DNA of 64,000 nt from Geosiphon pyriformis uo1 (taxonomy: Eukaryota; Fungi; Glomeromycota), in the NCBI GenBank assembly GCA_016748015.1, contig JAAOMT010000197.1, positions 344,388 to 408,387 on the forward strand. The letters are read 5' to 3'. Of this stretch, positions 1-15,147 are shown piece after piece. Both the position numbers and the translations under genes were made by a program. Positions within the stretch are counted from its first letter, which is position 1; every line of letters begins with the position of its first letter. The notes under the pieces were generated by a model, which did not search any database, had not been told where the DNA came from, and was given only the letters and a program-made list of their open reading frames with translations.

Positions 1-1706
1 CATTATAAACATCCTGAGATTCATCATCTTCAGAATCGCTTTCGGATTCATGATTTGGAATATCATTTTCTTTATACTCGTCGTCATCTTCATCATCAAG
101 ATCTTCATTTTGTAAGAACCTGGCGTACAGGTCTGCGTCGCTATCAAACCCATCTGCAATGTTGTGATGCTCCAATCTCACTTGTGGGCTACCCTCCATT
201 AATTCTTGAGAATTATTGTTGCCTCTTGCCAAGAAAGGAATAGGGAGTCTATCCAAGACCCATGCCCCACAATCAGCAGCTGCTTGAATAAGTGAGATGG
301 CAAAATTTGTCATGACTGTTAAACGCAGTGGGTTGTCATCTGGCTCCTGGGAAGCCGTCGTTCCATTAATTTCCAGCTGCTCATTATCATAACCACACGT
401 TGGTCGCCGTCTATTGGATTTTCGACGTCTACGTGAAGTTTCAAAAACTGTTCCCATCGGAACTGCAATCGGATTCATTTCGTTGCGATATCCATCAGTT
501 CTGGTTGCTTCGATCTAAAATCAATTTGATAAGCATTTCAGTATTTTGAATGTATTACTGTAAAATTAACATCAACATAACTTACACAAGCCATCCCAAT
601 GGAGTACAATGCCATCGTATAATCTTGGTTGAGAGAAGGCAATGAACGCGCATCCAAAAAAAATCTTCCTCTGAGATTTCCTCCGGTTGCTATTATAGCT
701 ATGCCATGTAATATAGTACACATGATAATCACACATATCAAAGCTAATTCAGGAAATCGCGCCACACTTTGTAATAAGGGATATGTTTCGGAGTAACGTA
801 AGGCATGAGCAAGATGTCCAATACCGATGATCCCTATGATGGTTGTTGGTATGAGACGATACTGTGTACCATGTGGATGGATGTAAAGAATTTCTAAAAC
901 TAAAGCGTCTACCAACTCGAGCAACGCAATTATGAGTAAATCAATGTTGGAGTGAAAATTCGACGCATACAAGTGAAATAACAATGCCCATTCGTAGAGA
1001 TTTGTCGCCTGTTCTCTTCCGGGAAGACTAAAGAAGTGAGAATTATCTATGTCAAGAAAATCAGTGAAAATAACTTTGAAAAGAGAGAATATAAAGATGG
1101 GAGAACACCGTACTTTCTATTTTCTAGACTTGAATGAAAAGCTTTCATAATATACACTGCTGACAACGCCTTCAAACACAGCCACAAAGCTTGATGATCG
1201 GTATAATCAAGGCTGTAGCCAAGTACTGATTCGGCCACATACTTTTGAAGCCAGGGAATTTCTCCGGCAATACGTGAAATTAAAACCAAGGCTGATTTAA
1301 GCATTAGGAAAAAGCATGGCAGGCGAAGGAAAAGTCGAGTCGTAAACGGTAAAGGCCTTGGGTTACGGGGAGCGACAATCGCGTTAATTCGATTATTGAG
1401 GACATTCTAATGAACGAAGAACAAAACAGAACTAAGACAAAGAAACCGTGCGAATATGTTCAATAAGAATATGCTACCCGTTACTATTGCCATTTTATCG
1501 CTTACCACGAATATAGCAAGATACAAGTGGTGCGAGTAAATAAAATTCCATAGATTTGGGTGAAACTCGGGAAACTCTTGGCCCTCAAAATTCAATTGCT
1601 CTTCTTCTGGTAGTAACTTGTGCATATAATCACCCCAACTTGACACTAATTCACTTATGTAGCTTCCACTAAAGAAGAAATCTTCTCTCGTGGACAAAGT
1701 GTTCAT
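1..1706 (-). CDS. ASI1/ASI3-like multi-pass membrane protein (putative inner-nuclear-membrane E3 ligase), spliced, 3' end beyond the window
   Basis: ORFs 1407-1742, 1047-1304 and 538-984 join via GT-AG introns; probable ATG at 1706 (MNTLSTREDFF). The segments LNRINAIVAPR, NLYEWALLFH and PSLNQDYTMALYSIGMAC resemble my recollection of fungal Asi3-like proteins. The RING domain is not visible in the window. Confidence 0.55.
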
Positions 1707-3087
1707 TTTAAAAGACGCGGACCAGAGACAGATTTGGAACAAATTTGCAATGGTGAAAATATCAATAGAGTTTATTGATTGTGATTCGCCAATGAGATTT
1801 TATGCGTATTAATGCACTAAAAACCTGTAACACGTCCTAAAAGTACAGACTAAAGAGAATTAGTGACAAAATCACATAGGGCGTTACTTGGAAGAATATA
1901 ATATTAAGCAGTATTATTCTGGAATTTGAACAAATGACATATTCCCAATAATGTGGCTAAACTTGAATTCTGTATTTGTAAGAAATCCCGAACATGATTT
2001 TTTTTTGAAAGCTTCAGAGTTGAGAGTGGTCCTTTTTATATTAGATTTCAAAAGTTGGGTGTTGATCACCTTGATTACATGATTAGAGTTCAATTAGCTT
2101 TGATTATTCATAATCAAGATTTTTTGTATAGGTATGATTAATAATAATGGTTCAGATAACCGATGAAGTATTGTGAGGCAAACTGTTTTCGCTGAGCAAA
2201 CATCAATTGGAAAACTCGGGGAAGTTCTCTTGCTAAAACTCCAAAAACCGTATCCCAAGCGGTGGGATATCTGTTAATATATAGAAAGGATTCTCTGAAA
2301 TGAATGCAAGGCTCGTACAGCCTCAAACATTTTGAGGCTAAAGATTTTTCGATTCAAAAGTCAAAACTGACCACAAACAACCAAAAGATAAAATAAACCC
2401 AAAGCTGGAGACTCTTTCACCTTGATTTCTAATTGAGGATGATGATTGCTTAATTAAAATGTGTTTTGGTGTTTGGGTATTCTGTAGTGCAAGAAAACCA
2501 ACGTTGCCGAACCAAAAAATGACATGGTAAGGTTGATTGCTGCCCTGAAAATCTAGAGACAATGGGAAAATATTAAACCAAAAATTAATACATAAATTCA
2601 AAAATGGATCTCGATATGGCTGTACCAATTTCTTGTCTTCGCAACTTAAGGATTATTGGTACTGAAGCATTTCAGGTAGCATCATAAAATAAGATCAAAT
2701 GGGTATTTAATTTCAAAACGGGGAGAAACCTTTAAGATGCTCAAAGGTTTTGGTGATCAGGAAAACCACAACCGAGGGGAATAGGCATTTGCCGTGCAAT
2801 TGAAAGGAATACTGTATTAGCATTAAATGACATGATGTAAATTTTCGAAATAAACACCAAGTATTAGAAAAAATTAAGTGCCGTAAAAAATATTCCAATT
2901 CGTCTTGAGTGAATAGAAACTTTCTGGGTGAGGAAAATATGAAATAGAATATAAATAAACTTATATCTCGCAATAATATCAAAATTTAATAAATAAATGT
3001 AAAGCACCTTCATTTATGCAGAAAAACATATGGATTATGATCTTGATAAATTTCCGAGCAGTATTGTGAATTTTGGGATTCTAGGAG

Positions 3088-4774
3088 CTATCTCCTTTTT
3101 TTATTAATATAACGGCTTGTCCTCTCCGAATAATATTCGAGAAACTCGCGTTTCTCTGAAGCTCCTAGGCTGGTTTTTCGTAATCTAGTCATTTGGCCCA
3201 TAATATTTAAGATCTGGTGACCAATTGGGTCTTCTATAGGTATCTTAGGTAAGGTATAGGGTGATGGTGATGGTGATGGTGATGAAAGAGACTCTTCTGG
3301 TACTAGATATTTGACAGTTAACTGATTGTAAAACTATGCACAATTATAAGTAAAATCAAAATAGTTCAGTTTGTAGTAAAATATCTTTTACATAAAAGAA
3401 GACCAACAATTCTAAGGCGGCACTTACTTCACTACAGAGCCTCACAAAATGCCATAATTTATTGCCAGCTGTATATGTTGGTGAGAAGCTTTCGTAATCA
3501 TAGCTACAAATATAAGAACCAGTTTAAAAGCTCAAAACATGGATTAATTGATGAAATTCAAATTTGAAAATTTTTTTACTTCATGTTCATGATGAGAATT
3601 TTGACATTTTGAACTGGTGGCGAGAATTCTTTGAAGACATCACTAAATTTTAACAGTGCTCGCCCATTAGATGTTGTCGCCTATTACAAAGACAAAGGAA
3701 GCCTTTAATAATCACGTTACGATTGAAAATCAATAGGGCATTTTGTTCACTTACTTCAGGAAATAAGACTATCGGCCCCCAGCCGTTTGATTTCGCAAAA
3801 CTTACTAATTGGGTAAGACTATATGTAGTAAGATCCGATGGTGGCTCCATGTCTGGATATGAACCGGTTAATTTAATTGCGGTCCATAGGGAAATGGGGC
3901 GGAGCGTGTTTGTGGTTGGATATAGTTGAGTGAACACAGGATCATACCTTGTAGATTGAAGAAGTATAAACTCAATCATTCTGGTTGTGAACATTGAGAA
4001 TATTGAAAAGATTTAACAACCTAAATGCGAGGTATAAAAGATCCACATATGATGTCCAATTCGATACAATTAAATCTCCCGAATTCAATTGTAGCGAGGC
4101 AGAAGAACCGCGATTTTTTGTTATATTTCCTCGACTTTCAAGTGATTAAGAATATTCATAAGCGGATAATGAGCTTTGCTGGTTGCAAAGCAAGCAGAAA
4201 GTAGAATTCACAAACCCACGGCGTAATGACACATTTTCAGTGCGAATCCAATAGAAGCCCATTAAAAAAAGCGCGACTCGGACCAGTATAAAACTTAAAC
4301 CAAAATGAAAAATTCTATTTATAGGTTTTACTTTTACCTATTTCAAATATTCGATAAGTCCATGGATGGAAATTGCTTTAACACATTTTGAGTTAAAAGC
4401 AGCTCACAAGTGTCAGGCCAACAAGATCAGCGAGTATGAAGAAAATCAAAGCCACTAGGCTGACTATTAAAATTCTGATTATCCCCAGAATAGGTTTCAA
4501 CAAGTATCCAAGGATTTTTATCAGGGTTTCGACACAATTTGACCGATTTCTAGAAGGCTACTTGTCGGATCAGACACAAAAATCAGTGTAATTAACGCAG
4601 GAATGTCCAGATGCATGAACCCTCGAAAACACTTACAATTGGAGGTAAGAACGGCTGGATGCCGGTACCCAAGTCCTTCGAAACATTGTGGAAAATGTTC
4701 AGTCAGGTGAAGTAAATGCTTTTAGGTTTAAATTTAGTTTAAAGAAATACCCTCCAACGCGAATATTTTTCCAT
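3088..4774 (-). CDS. LOA1: LOA1/VPS66-like lysophosphatidic acid acyltransferase (multi-exon)
   Basis: N-terminus MEKYSRWR|DLGTGIQPFLPP is characteristic of Vps66/Loa1. Further motifs are GDLIVSNWTSYVDLLYLAFR and GPIVLFPE; the C-terminus is KREFLEYYSERTSRYINKKRR*. Confidence 0.85.
3260..3284. repeat. (GGTGAT)n hexamer repeat encoding a Ser-Pro tract in the LOA1-like gene
   Basis: ggtgatggtgatggtgatggtgatg seen directly. Confidence 0.8.
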
Positions 4775-5265
4775 TTGATTTGGTATGGGTTGGAAAAATT
4801 GAATCCATTCAATTTTTCACTTGCTTTTGGGTTGAATATAATTGGCTATCAGTGTGACTGAACAACCAAGATGAGATTTCATTGGGTATTCTCATCAATT
4901 CCTAACCGATGATTCGATTAATCAGATGTTAAGATTTCGTCTCATTAGATCTGTTAGCGATCGCAAAATAGTGAGCTATTACAAAGCGCAAGCTTAAGGT
5001 CAGCAACTAATAAATTTAAAAAAGGATTCTACAAAAAATCTATATAAGATTAAGTGTATGCCAGTGCTAAACTTCACAGGCGTTAATAATTTGAAGGGGT
5101 TTTGAAGAAAAAAATTATTGGAAGAACCCCACTTTTATTTTGCTAACGAACTCCAATACGAATTTTTCGAAAGAGAATTTTTACAAAATAGTTCTTGAAA
5201 TATGCAGGAAAGTAAGGAAGGTAGGTATTTTTTATGAAATTAATTTTTAAAGAGATTAAGTCGTT

Positions 5266-7060
<1,795 letters not shown>

Positions 7061-8038
7061 TTAATTTACGACAACTTGGAGAAAGATTTTTCTTGTAGTA
7101 TGTGTCCTTTACGATTTCTAGTGATATTACTGCGGGCAAGAAAAATTTTACTACAAGACAAAAATAACCTCTCCGACTGAAGTTTTTTTTTTGTCAAGCA
7201 ACGAAGAAGAGAAACTCGAAGAATTTTAAAACTGACAGACGGATGGATATTTTTCTTTACTAAGACAGAGTTATACTTACATTTACAATGACACTTTTTA
7301 AAAGAATAAAATAACTTAAAGGAGTCGCTACAAAGAAAAGGGAGAAGGTGGGAGGATATATCATCTAGTGAGCAAACCCCATTATATACCAGTTGGAGTT
7401 AATGTCCCCTTTTTCTAAAGTTATGTATCAAAGAATTATCAGATTCCTTGGTTTTGTTAAAATTTGATAGGTGCATGGCTGTGGAGGGGGTCCACCAGCT
7501 GATTCAAACTGATAGATTAAACTAAAGGAAAAGGGGACGAAAATTTTTTCCCATGCGTTTTTTGTTATCAAAAGTTTAACATCTGAAACATGCAACAATG
7601 ATCAGAGTAAGATGCGCAATAAGATGAGTAATTCTTGTCCTCAAATAGGGATAATCTGGCGTAGTAAGGGTGGGGGTAAATACTACAGTTTTCGCTACCT
7701 TAATCAAAGATACAGCTATAGATGTTGTACTAAGGCGCAGATTTTTTAGACTTTGTGAATTTTGAGAAATATGAAAAGAAAATAGATAATCATCAGTTTC
7801 CGTCCAAATAAGGTGACACATTGATTAGCAATTAAAGTGATGAAAATGTAAAAAAAACCAATAGAAGGCAACCTTTTTTTCACCTCATGTACTGATAAAA
7901 TAATAACTGTTATGATAGTTTTAAATAGCGAAAATAGTACAAGCTGGCGTAGAATCCGGTCATTTTCTTAACCCGCAGCAAATTATAAGGCTTGTTTTAA
8001 TTATACAGCTTAAATTAAATATCAAAATCGGTATAAAA

Positions 8039-9246
8039 TCATGTTCCATGGAGGTCTACAGGAAATACTAAACTAGTCATCTCGGTTAATTGGTTCGGGA
8101 TCTTCCTTGATTGGGCAAATTTCTTTTTGACTTTCTTCAAATCATGATAAATGCTATAGTCGTAGAGGGCTTCAGTTGTCAGCTGAAGAAGATGCCCAAA
8201 CAAATCCTATGAAATATAATATAATGAACAAAAGATTCAGAATATTCGATTATGTGGAACGATAAATATTTAAATGACAAGAAGCAATCATTCACCATTT
8301 CCCTATGTTCTTTGGAAAAGGAACCAAGAACCCATTGAGTGATTGACGTTGAATCCTGAGGGGGCCTTCCAATGCCCAAACGAAATCTTCGGAAAGAGAT
8401 TTTGTGTATAAATTTAATCAAATATAACGATCGAGATTTCTATTGAATGCTGTAAAATACTTCCATCAAATCTCACCTAATAAATTCTGTGGTCCCAAGC
8501 GTGTTAGCCACACTTTCTACTCCTCTATGACCTTGCATAGCTGCCAGAACACCCCCTCCTAAAGGAGAGCTTTTTAGAAATAAGGCATTTAAAATTACCA
8601 AGTGAGCATTAGAAAAAATTTACCTTGAATCATAAGGGCTCCAGGGAGAGTATTAAGATCATCACATACTACTATTAATTTTTTGGTGTCTGTTACCCCA
8701 AAATGATTAAGGACCTTTTGAATAGATTTCCCAGACTCGTTCATGTTTAATAAAGGCTTCATTAATATTACACGGAAGGATTTCTGAAATTAAAATCACC
8801 TTAATAGATATGGGGAGATTAAAGGAAAAAGTGAAAAAAAACTGAGTTTTACACTTGATGATCCAGTTTCAATTGTATAAGAAAAAGTGGTATCTCGTAT
8901 GTCAGCTGAATGTCAAAAAACTCTATTAAGAAAAACAGATATTTTTTCTTTAAATTAGAGTAACATGACCACCTCATACCCATCAAATCAAATCTCCGAT
9001 AAAATACTGGCAGGGCAGAATTGCCCTCTCCTTGGGAAAATGTCATGACATTCGCTAGATAATCGATAAATATGAAACCAGCTATGCAAAAACATCGAAA
9101 ATTTTGTAAATTTAATAACTTAAGACATGATAGAGGAGGCATTGAGGCTTCAAGAAGTACTATATAGAACCATTATGACGCGTTGTAGAGTATTGGGAAT
9201 CAGGGTTGCCTAAGCCAGCAACAACTATGTCTATCGGTCTTGACAT
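8039..9246 (-). CDS. PTH1: Peptidyl-tRNA hydrolase (Pth1 family), spliced
   Basis: Motifs VVAGLGNP..YSTTRHN|AGF, LMKPLLNMNESG, VVCDDLN, GHRGVESV and RRFRLGIGRPP. Confidence 0.9.
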
Positions 9247-9395
9247 TATGAATCAGGATTATTAAATTATTAGGGCGAAATTTCAAATTCTAAAAAATTT
9301 CCGGGATTGACGAAAATTGCAATGCAGGAGATCGAATGATCCACTAATTTAGAGATCTTTTTTCTTAAGTTCGAGAAAAATTCAACTTTGAATAC

Positions 9396-11831
9396 ATGTC
9401 TCAAAATACAGGGTCTCGAAGTTTACCACCGATTCATACTAATTTTACCACCGACTTTGGTACTTCCTCCTCTCAGTTTCAAAGTTCCCAGGATCTGGTA
9501 AAACAAACCAACTCCCCAGGGAAAAAGAAAAAGGGCGTACATCGTTTAACTGCCAAATTACAGAGTTTACCAAGATCATACGTAATAAAGAGATCAAAAG
9601 CAAATAGCCCTTCTGACAGCACATCCAGTGAAGATGAAAAAGGTAGTTTTTAACACTCTACCTTTTAGATTTTGGTTCATTGAAGAATGCTAATGCGGAA
9701 AATTTATTTGCATCCCTATAAACGCAGCTACACCTGGTCCTCTTGTGTTTGCAAATAATGCATCAATGCCAGATTTGTCTAAAGAACCCCAGGAATACTC
9801 CCAGAATATTTCTGGAAGACTAAGAAAATCACAACAGCGAAGTATCACAAATGAGGATTTCAATGGCTATTTGAGCGAAGACAATGTATATTCCTTTAAA
9901 TCACCTATTTCGATGGTTAATCGGCTAAGATCCCAATCTAGAGCTTTTTCATACTCTCCAATACCTCTTTCTGCATCAAAAGTCTTTAGGCGTAAGCTAA
10001 AACCTAAAAATAAGCACTCACCAAACTCTGCTGCACTAGGAAATATACTGAATCATGAGAATATTGTTTTTTCTTCACCTTCCCCTCGTATTCCAGCATC
10101 ATCGTCAATAACTGAACAATCAACTGGCAATTCGCAACCTGGAATAGTAACTTTGCCAATTGACAGACTTTCAGATCATGTGAACTTCAAAAGAGCTGCG
10201 AAATACCAAACTATTCAAAAAATATTTTTGTTTCACAATAGATTAGAACAAAATAATCATGGCCGTTATATTCTCCTTCAAGTTTCTGAGTATGGGCTGT
10301 ATTATGGTTTAATACACGATTCACAGGATCTGACATGGTGTATAGAACATTTTGAAACTTTTGGTGCTCATGATACGAATAATATTAATGTTGAAAAAAA
10401 CCAAGATAACGAGAATTTTGAAAAAGACAGCCTGTTTAAATATAGCGATGTTGGGGTTGCTGGGAGTATCCAAGTTGTTGATAAACCAGAAATTGATTTG
10501 GCTCGAGTGATGAACCGTGAATCTCCTGATTTACTCATTAGCAAATTTCAAAACTTGAAATTTGAAAAGCTTGCGGCAATAGATGAAGTGTCTATAACTG
10601 ATTTTAATAATAACAGTGGTAAGTTATTATCCTTACCCGAACTCATACATTATTTCGGCTTGCTTATCTATCAGACTTTTCGCGTTCTCAGAACCTGAAC
10701 TGTTTCAGATTTCCATAAATAGAAAACGTGAAGTTCTCCTTTTAAAAGCCATATCTCTTCAAGAAAAACGAGAATTTTTGAACAGAATCCAATTTTTCGC
10801 TAAGGAAAAGCCTCAAAGAGGTGGGGTTTCCACTTTTTTATATTCTGGTTTGTTATTCTTTAAAACTCAAGAATTCAAAATCCCACTTTGTTTAATTTAT
10901 AGAAAATTTGAGATTTAGATCAGAGAAAATACCAGCCAAAGGCAATCTTTCGGAAAAGGCGCAGGAGCCCAGCTCTGATGAGTAAGGCACATATTAACAT
11001 CAAATTCAATCACTTTGTATAATTTAAAATTAAAAAACCATGATATAAAGGTACGGTTTCCATCTAGTCGAAGAGCTAGGAAACGAATGCTACCAACATG
11101 AAGAAAAGGTTCATGAATTATGCGTATGTATTGAAGCTTTGATCATTGGTCGATAAAAGTTTCTCTAAATAAATTAAATTTACACTTCCTTTTTATCCTG
11201 ATAGGAAGTGATAAAAAAGCAAAAACAGCAATTGGATTTTTATATCAGGAAATTTCAAGAATTAGATGGACGTTCAAAGGTAGAGGCTTTTCATTCTAAA
11301 AGAATCTCTTCCAAAAAATTTTGTGTTGGCCACAATTTTTCTGTAGGATTTGAACGAATCTATCTTCCATAAACGGGCACGTTCAACAAGGGATATGGAA
11401 GAAACTATTAAATTGACTACATGCACAACCACTGAGCTTATTGAAAGGTTAACCTTTATCAAGACCAGAATTCGCGGAAAAAGGGATGTTTTAAAACAAC
11501 ATCAGCAATTGGTATTGTAAATTTAATACATGTATACAATGTACGAAACTGGTAAATATGTTTGGATAATATATTAACTTTTTCTTTTCTGTAGTTAATG
11601 ATCTTGCAAAAGCAAATTGAAATGCAAAAGCATTCCGTAAAAATGGTATCGAAATATCAAATGTTACTAGCAGGTGATGAGTTTTCTAGAATTTTCTAGC
11701 AGGAAATTTGATTTTGATTCTGACCTTCACTTTTATTTATCCTTGAATCAAATTTTAAAGTGATCGTTACTTGTGCCGTAGTAGTGTTTGCATGGTTCCT
11801 CCTTAGATGGAAAGCAACAAAGATGAACTAA
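9396..11831 (+). CDS. Uncharacterised multi-exon protein with Ser-rich N-terminus and C-terminal transmembrane helix
   Basis: ORFs 9396-9653, 9745-10698 and 10616-10918 are linked by GT-AG introns. Downstream exons end LLAVIVTCAVVVFAWFLLRWKATKMN*. No family was recognised. Confidence 0.7.
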
Positions 11832-12864
11832 AAATATATGTTTTATGTAGAGGTGAACTGTAGTAATGCTTTCCGCCTACATATCTTTTTGATAGATTAA
11901 TTTGGACATCATTCAATCAATATAGAATTTATATTATTTGCATTGAATTGCACTCAAAAAACCGTACTGGAAACGCTTTATAGCACAATATAAAGCATTG
12001 TGCCAATACAGCTGCAAATTGTGTTACCCTCGGGTTTGATGATAATCATCGATAACCATCAAAGGTTGAACTAGCCCTAACAACCAATCATATATGATTG
12101 TAATTTTTTTCTCTCAAATGATGGTCGTTTAAGTCAATCCTATCTGCACTGCTTTTACCTCTTCATCTCAAATAATTTCACTTCCTCCTTTTTGAAGACT
12201 TGCTTTTGATTTTCAAAAATATTAGGAGCAAAAATATAAAGGGTCCTTTGAAAGCTTTTTTAAATATTCCTTGAAATCTTTTCATTTCCAAACCTGTCCT
12301 ACCAAGTTGATTCTCCCAGTTTTTTCTGCTCTTGCGCAGTTTCCCATGTTTGACCCTGGCTAGCTTTTGCGAATTTCTTCCCTTTTCTGTTCGCGCTTAG
12401 CACTGCCACTCGCTTCTGTCATTGCTGAATTCCTGTTTTCAAACGACACCCACAGATTTGCCTGGGTTCATCTTTCCATCCTGTTTTTACAACACTTTAA
12501 AAGGCTTACTTACTTAATCCTCATTCTTGCAGGAAACTTCGAGGTAACTAATAATTATTTCTTAACTTTATGATAGATCATATGTGCTTTACATTTCACT
12601 TATGTGAACTACTTTTTAGGAGGTATTAGCTGAAATCGTAACCTAAATTAAAATATTAAATTGGAACTGACATAAAGTTTTTTGCTTTACTTTCTGTTGC
12701 ATTACCACAGATAATAATTTTCACCTTCAAACACCGCTCTGGTGCTAAATCCGGCCAAGGACTAACGTTAGTCTTTGACATAAAAGTTTAATTTATATAG
12801 ATTATCACCAGCAAACACAACTTCTATCATAAACTTCTTTTCCGTTAATTTAAATCTTCATAAA

Positions 12865-13875
12865 ATGTCTACTTATCGAGGAAATGGAATCCCTGTTGCT
12901 ATCCAGCAACGATCTCCCATAAATCCGCCAACTCTCATCGAACATAAGAATTATCGTTTTTTGATCGCGGATGCTCCTTCAAATAATAATTTGCAACTCT
13001 ATATTCAGGTATTTGTCAATATTCCTATCATTGCCAGTATTCTTTGACTAAAGTTAATCAAGTATCAAAATAGATTTTTTATTGGCCTTGCCTATGTGGT
13101 TCAATGATTTCAGGAATTCGAAAGATATCATGTCTCCGACGTTGTTCGTGTCTGCGATCCAACCTATCATGTTGAACCGCTGGAGCAGCGAGGAATCAAA
13201 ATTCATGTAATTTTTCAAACATTTCAATTTTAGTTGATACTTTATAATTCGAGACTCACATCTATTTGCTATTATCTAGGATTGGGTATTTGGGGACGGT
13301 GAAGCTCCCCCATCCAATATTGTTCATGACTGGCTTGAATTAGTCGAAAAACGTTTCGGAAAAGATACGGAGAGTGACGACAAAAAGCACACTATTGCAT
13401 GCCATTGTGTAGCCGGGCTTGGCCGGTAAGCTAGGACCAGACATATTGCCCTCGACTCCTTAGCAGCTATGATTCATTTAATGAAAAGCGGTGGTTGTTT
13501 CTGGCATCAATATGGTGATCCAAGACGGTTTTTTATATGCAGAGAAAAACTCTGCAGATACTTACATATTCTTAATGTAAAAAATCCGTCACGAGTCACT
13601 TTATTGACATTCCCAGCTATGCTACTACTTTATATTCCATATGCTGTTTAATTCGATCTGCTTCTAGTATACTTTTTTTAATGCTCAATTTCTATTTGAA
13701 TTTCAATTATAGGGCACCTGTGTTGGTTGCTATTGCCCTAATTGAATCTGGAATGTCACCCCTTGATAGTGTCGTATTCATTCGCGAACGTCGTAGAGGA
13801 GCGATTAATAACAAGCAACTGAAGTATATCGAAGGATATAAGAAGAGGTCGAAGACTAAATGCATTTTGTGTTGA
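12865..13875 (+). CDS. PTP4A: PRL/PTP4A-type prenylated protein tyrosine phosphatase (4 coding exons)
   Basis: Motifs [28 protein letters not shown], catalytic HCVAGLGR|[11 protein letters not shown] and [10 protein letters not shown], followed by a polybasic tail and CAAX box CILC*. Confidence 0.93.
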
Positions 13876-14903
13876 CTGCATGATCCTTTTATATTCAAGA
13901 TAATTTTTTTGGAGAACCCCTTCTATTTCCCCCCAGGATATTTTAATATTCGATCTTTTAGTAAAGTTGGTGCTTTTAGGGTAAGGGATGACAGAGTCGA
14001 TTCAAAAAAAAGATCAATATTTTGGCTAAATGCTTCGCCTCGCCAATCTCGTATTGTAACACGATATAACTCTACCACTATCATCACCTCTCTTATTTAT
14101 CAAATTCTTAGACATTATGACAAAAATTTAGAGAATTTATTGCCGTTTTTTGCTTTTTTCAAAACTAAAATTCTCGTATTTTGTATTGGACTTTATGTTT
14201 TTTCTACATTAATGTTTAGAATTTGGTTCTCTTTGTTAGGATTCGTTCATTTCGATAATGGATAAAATTAATGATATAGAGTTCCAAACAAAAAAGAATT
14301 AGTCTTCATGTTTTGTTATTTAACATAACTCTGAAGTGGGGAATGTCTGCGGGTCTACGACCATTATCACTCGTTAAATGTAAAACCCTTGGATCAGATC
14401 GAAAAAAAACCATGATTTTCAAATGGCAGAATCCTGTTTACGCTGTATCACCAACGTGAGCTTCATCTATACCTGAAAAAGGTGAATCGCTCCCCAAAGA
14501 ACAGTAACAATGAATCATCATGTACAAATCATAACTAGTCACGAGCCACTCGGATTTAAAAGTTGGATCACAACAGATTTTAATACTTGGCGTGACCAAA
14601 ATTTTTGGTCAAATTACATCATTTTCTTGCGTGTTCCAAAAGTCAAATTCACGAGAGAAATGGCTGGAACCAGTTGGCAGTTTCGTAACCCTCCTCCGTT
14701 ACGGTTAGTCTTTGCTTTACACGATCCTTCCTAGTAAATCCCGGAAAGTGCAATTATTTCACTAAACAGAATTCTATTTTAACTACTAAATCTCCTACAA
14801 ATTTCAATCGATTGCGATTTTTGTTGTAATTTCCATTATTTGATCAGCCACGTAATCTTGGCCAAATTCCTCGGCGGGTTTACAACATTTTGTAAGTTGT
14901 TTG

Positions 14904-15147
14904 AAAAGGTTTAAAATATTTTAGTTGATAAAAAATTACTATTTTTCGACAGCCCGCCTTGCTGAAATTCGACAAGAATTACTTGCCCAGAATCAAAATA
15001 TGAAGATATAAATTTCGAGATCTCATAAAATAGAGTGAGACTTTATCTTTGTAAAGGCAAAAAAAAATTCCCCAGCAAGACGGGCTGTAAAGAACAACCT
15101 TAATCAATTTTATTTTTGAATAATTATTGAAAACTTTTAAACCTTTT
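14904..15147. repeat. Imperfect inverted-repeat element (MITE/foldback-like)
   Basis: aaaaggtttaaaa (14904) pairs perfectly with ttttaaacctttt (15135). acagcccgccttgctg (14949) pairs with cagcaagacgggctgt (15073) with 1 mismatch. Confidence 0.5.

Noticed and set aside
1900-3000. Short ORFs 2138-2326, 2338-2628 and 2713-2982
   Set aside because: No recognisable motifs or consistent splice model; treated as intergenic or unidentifiable decay.
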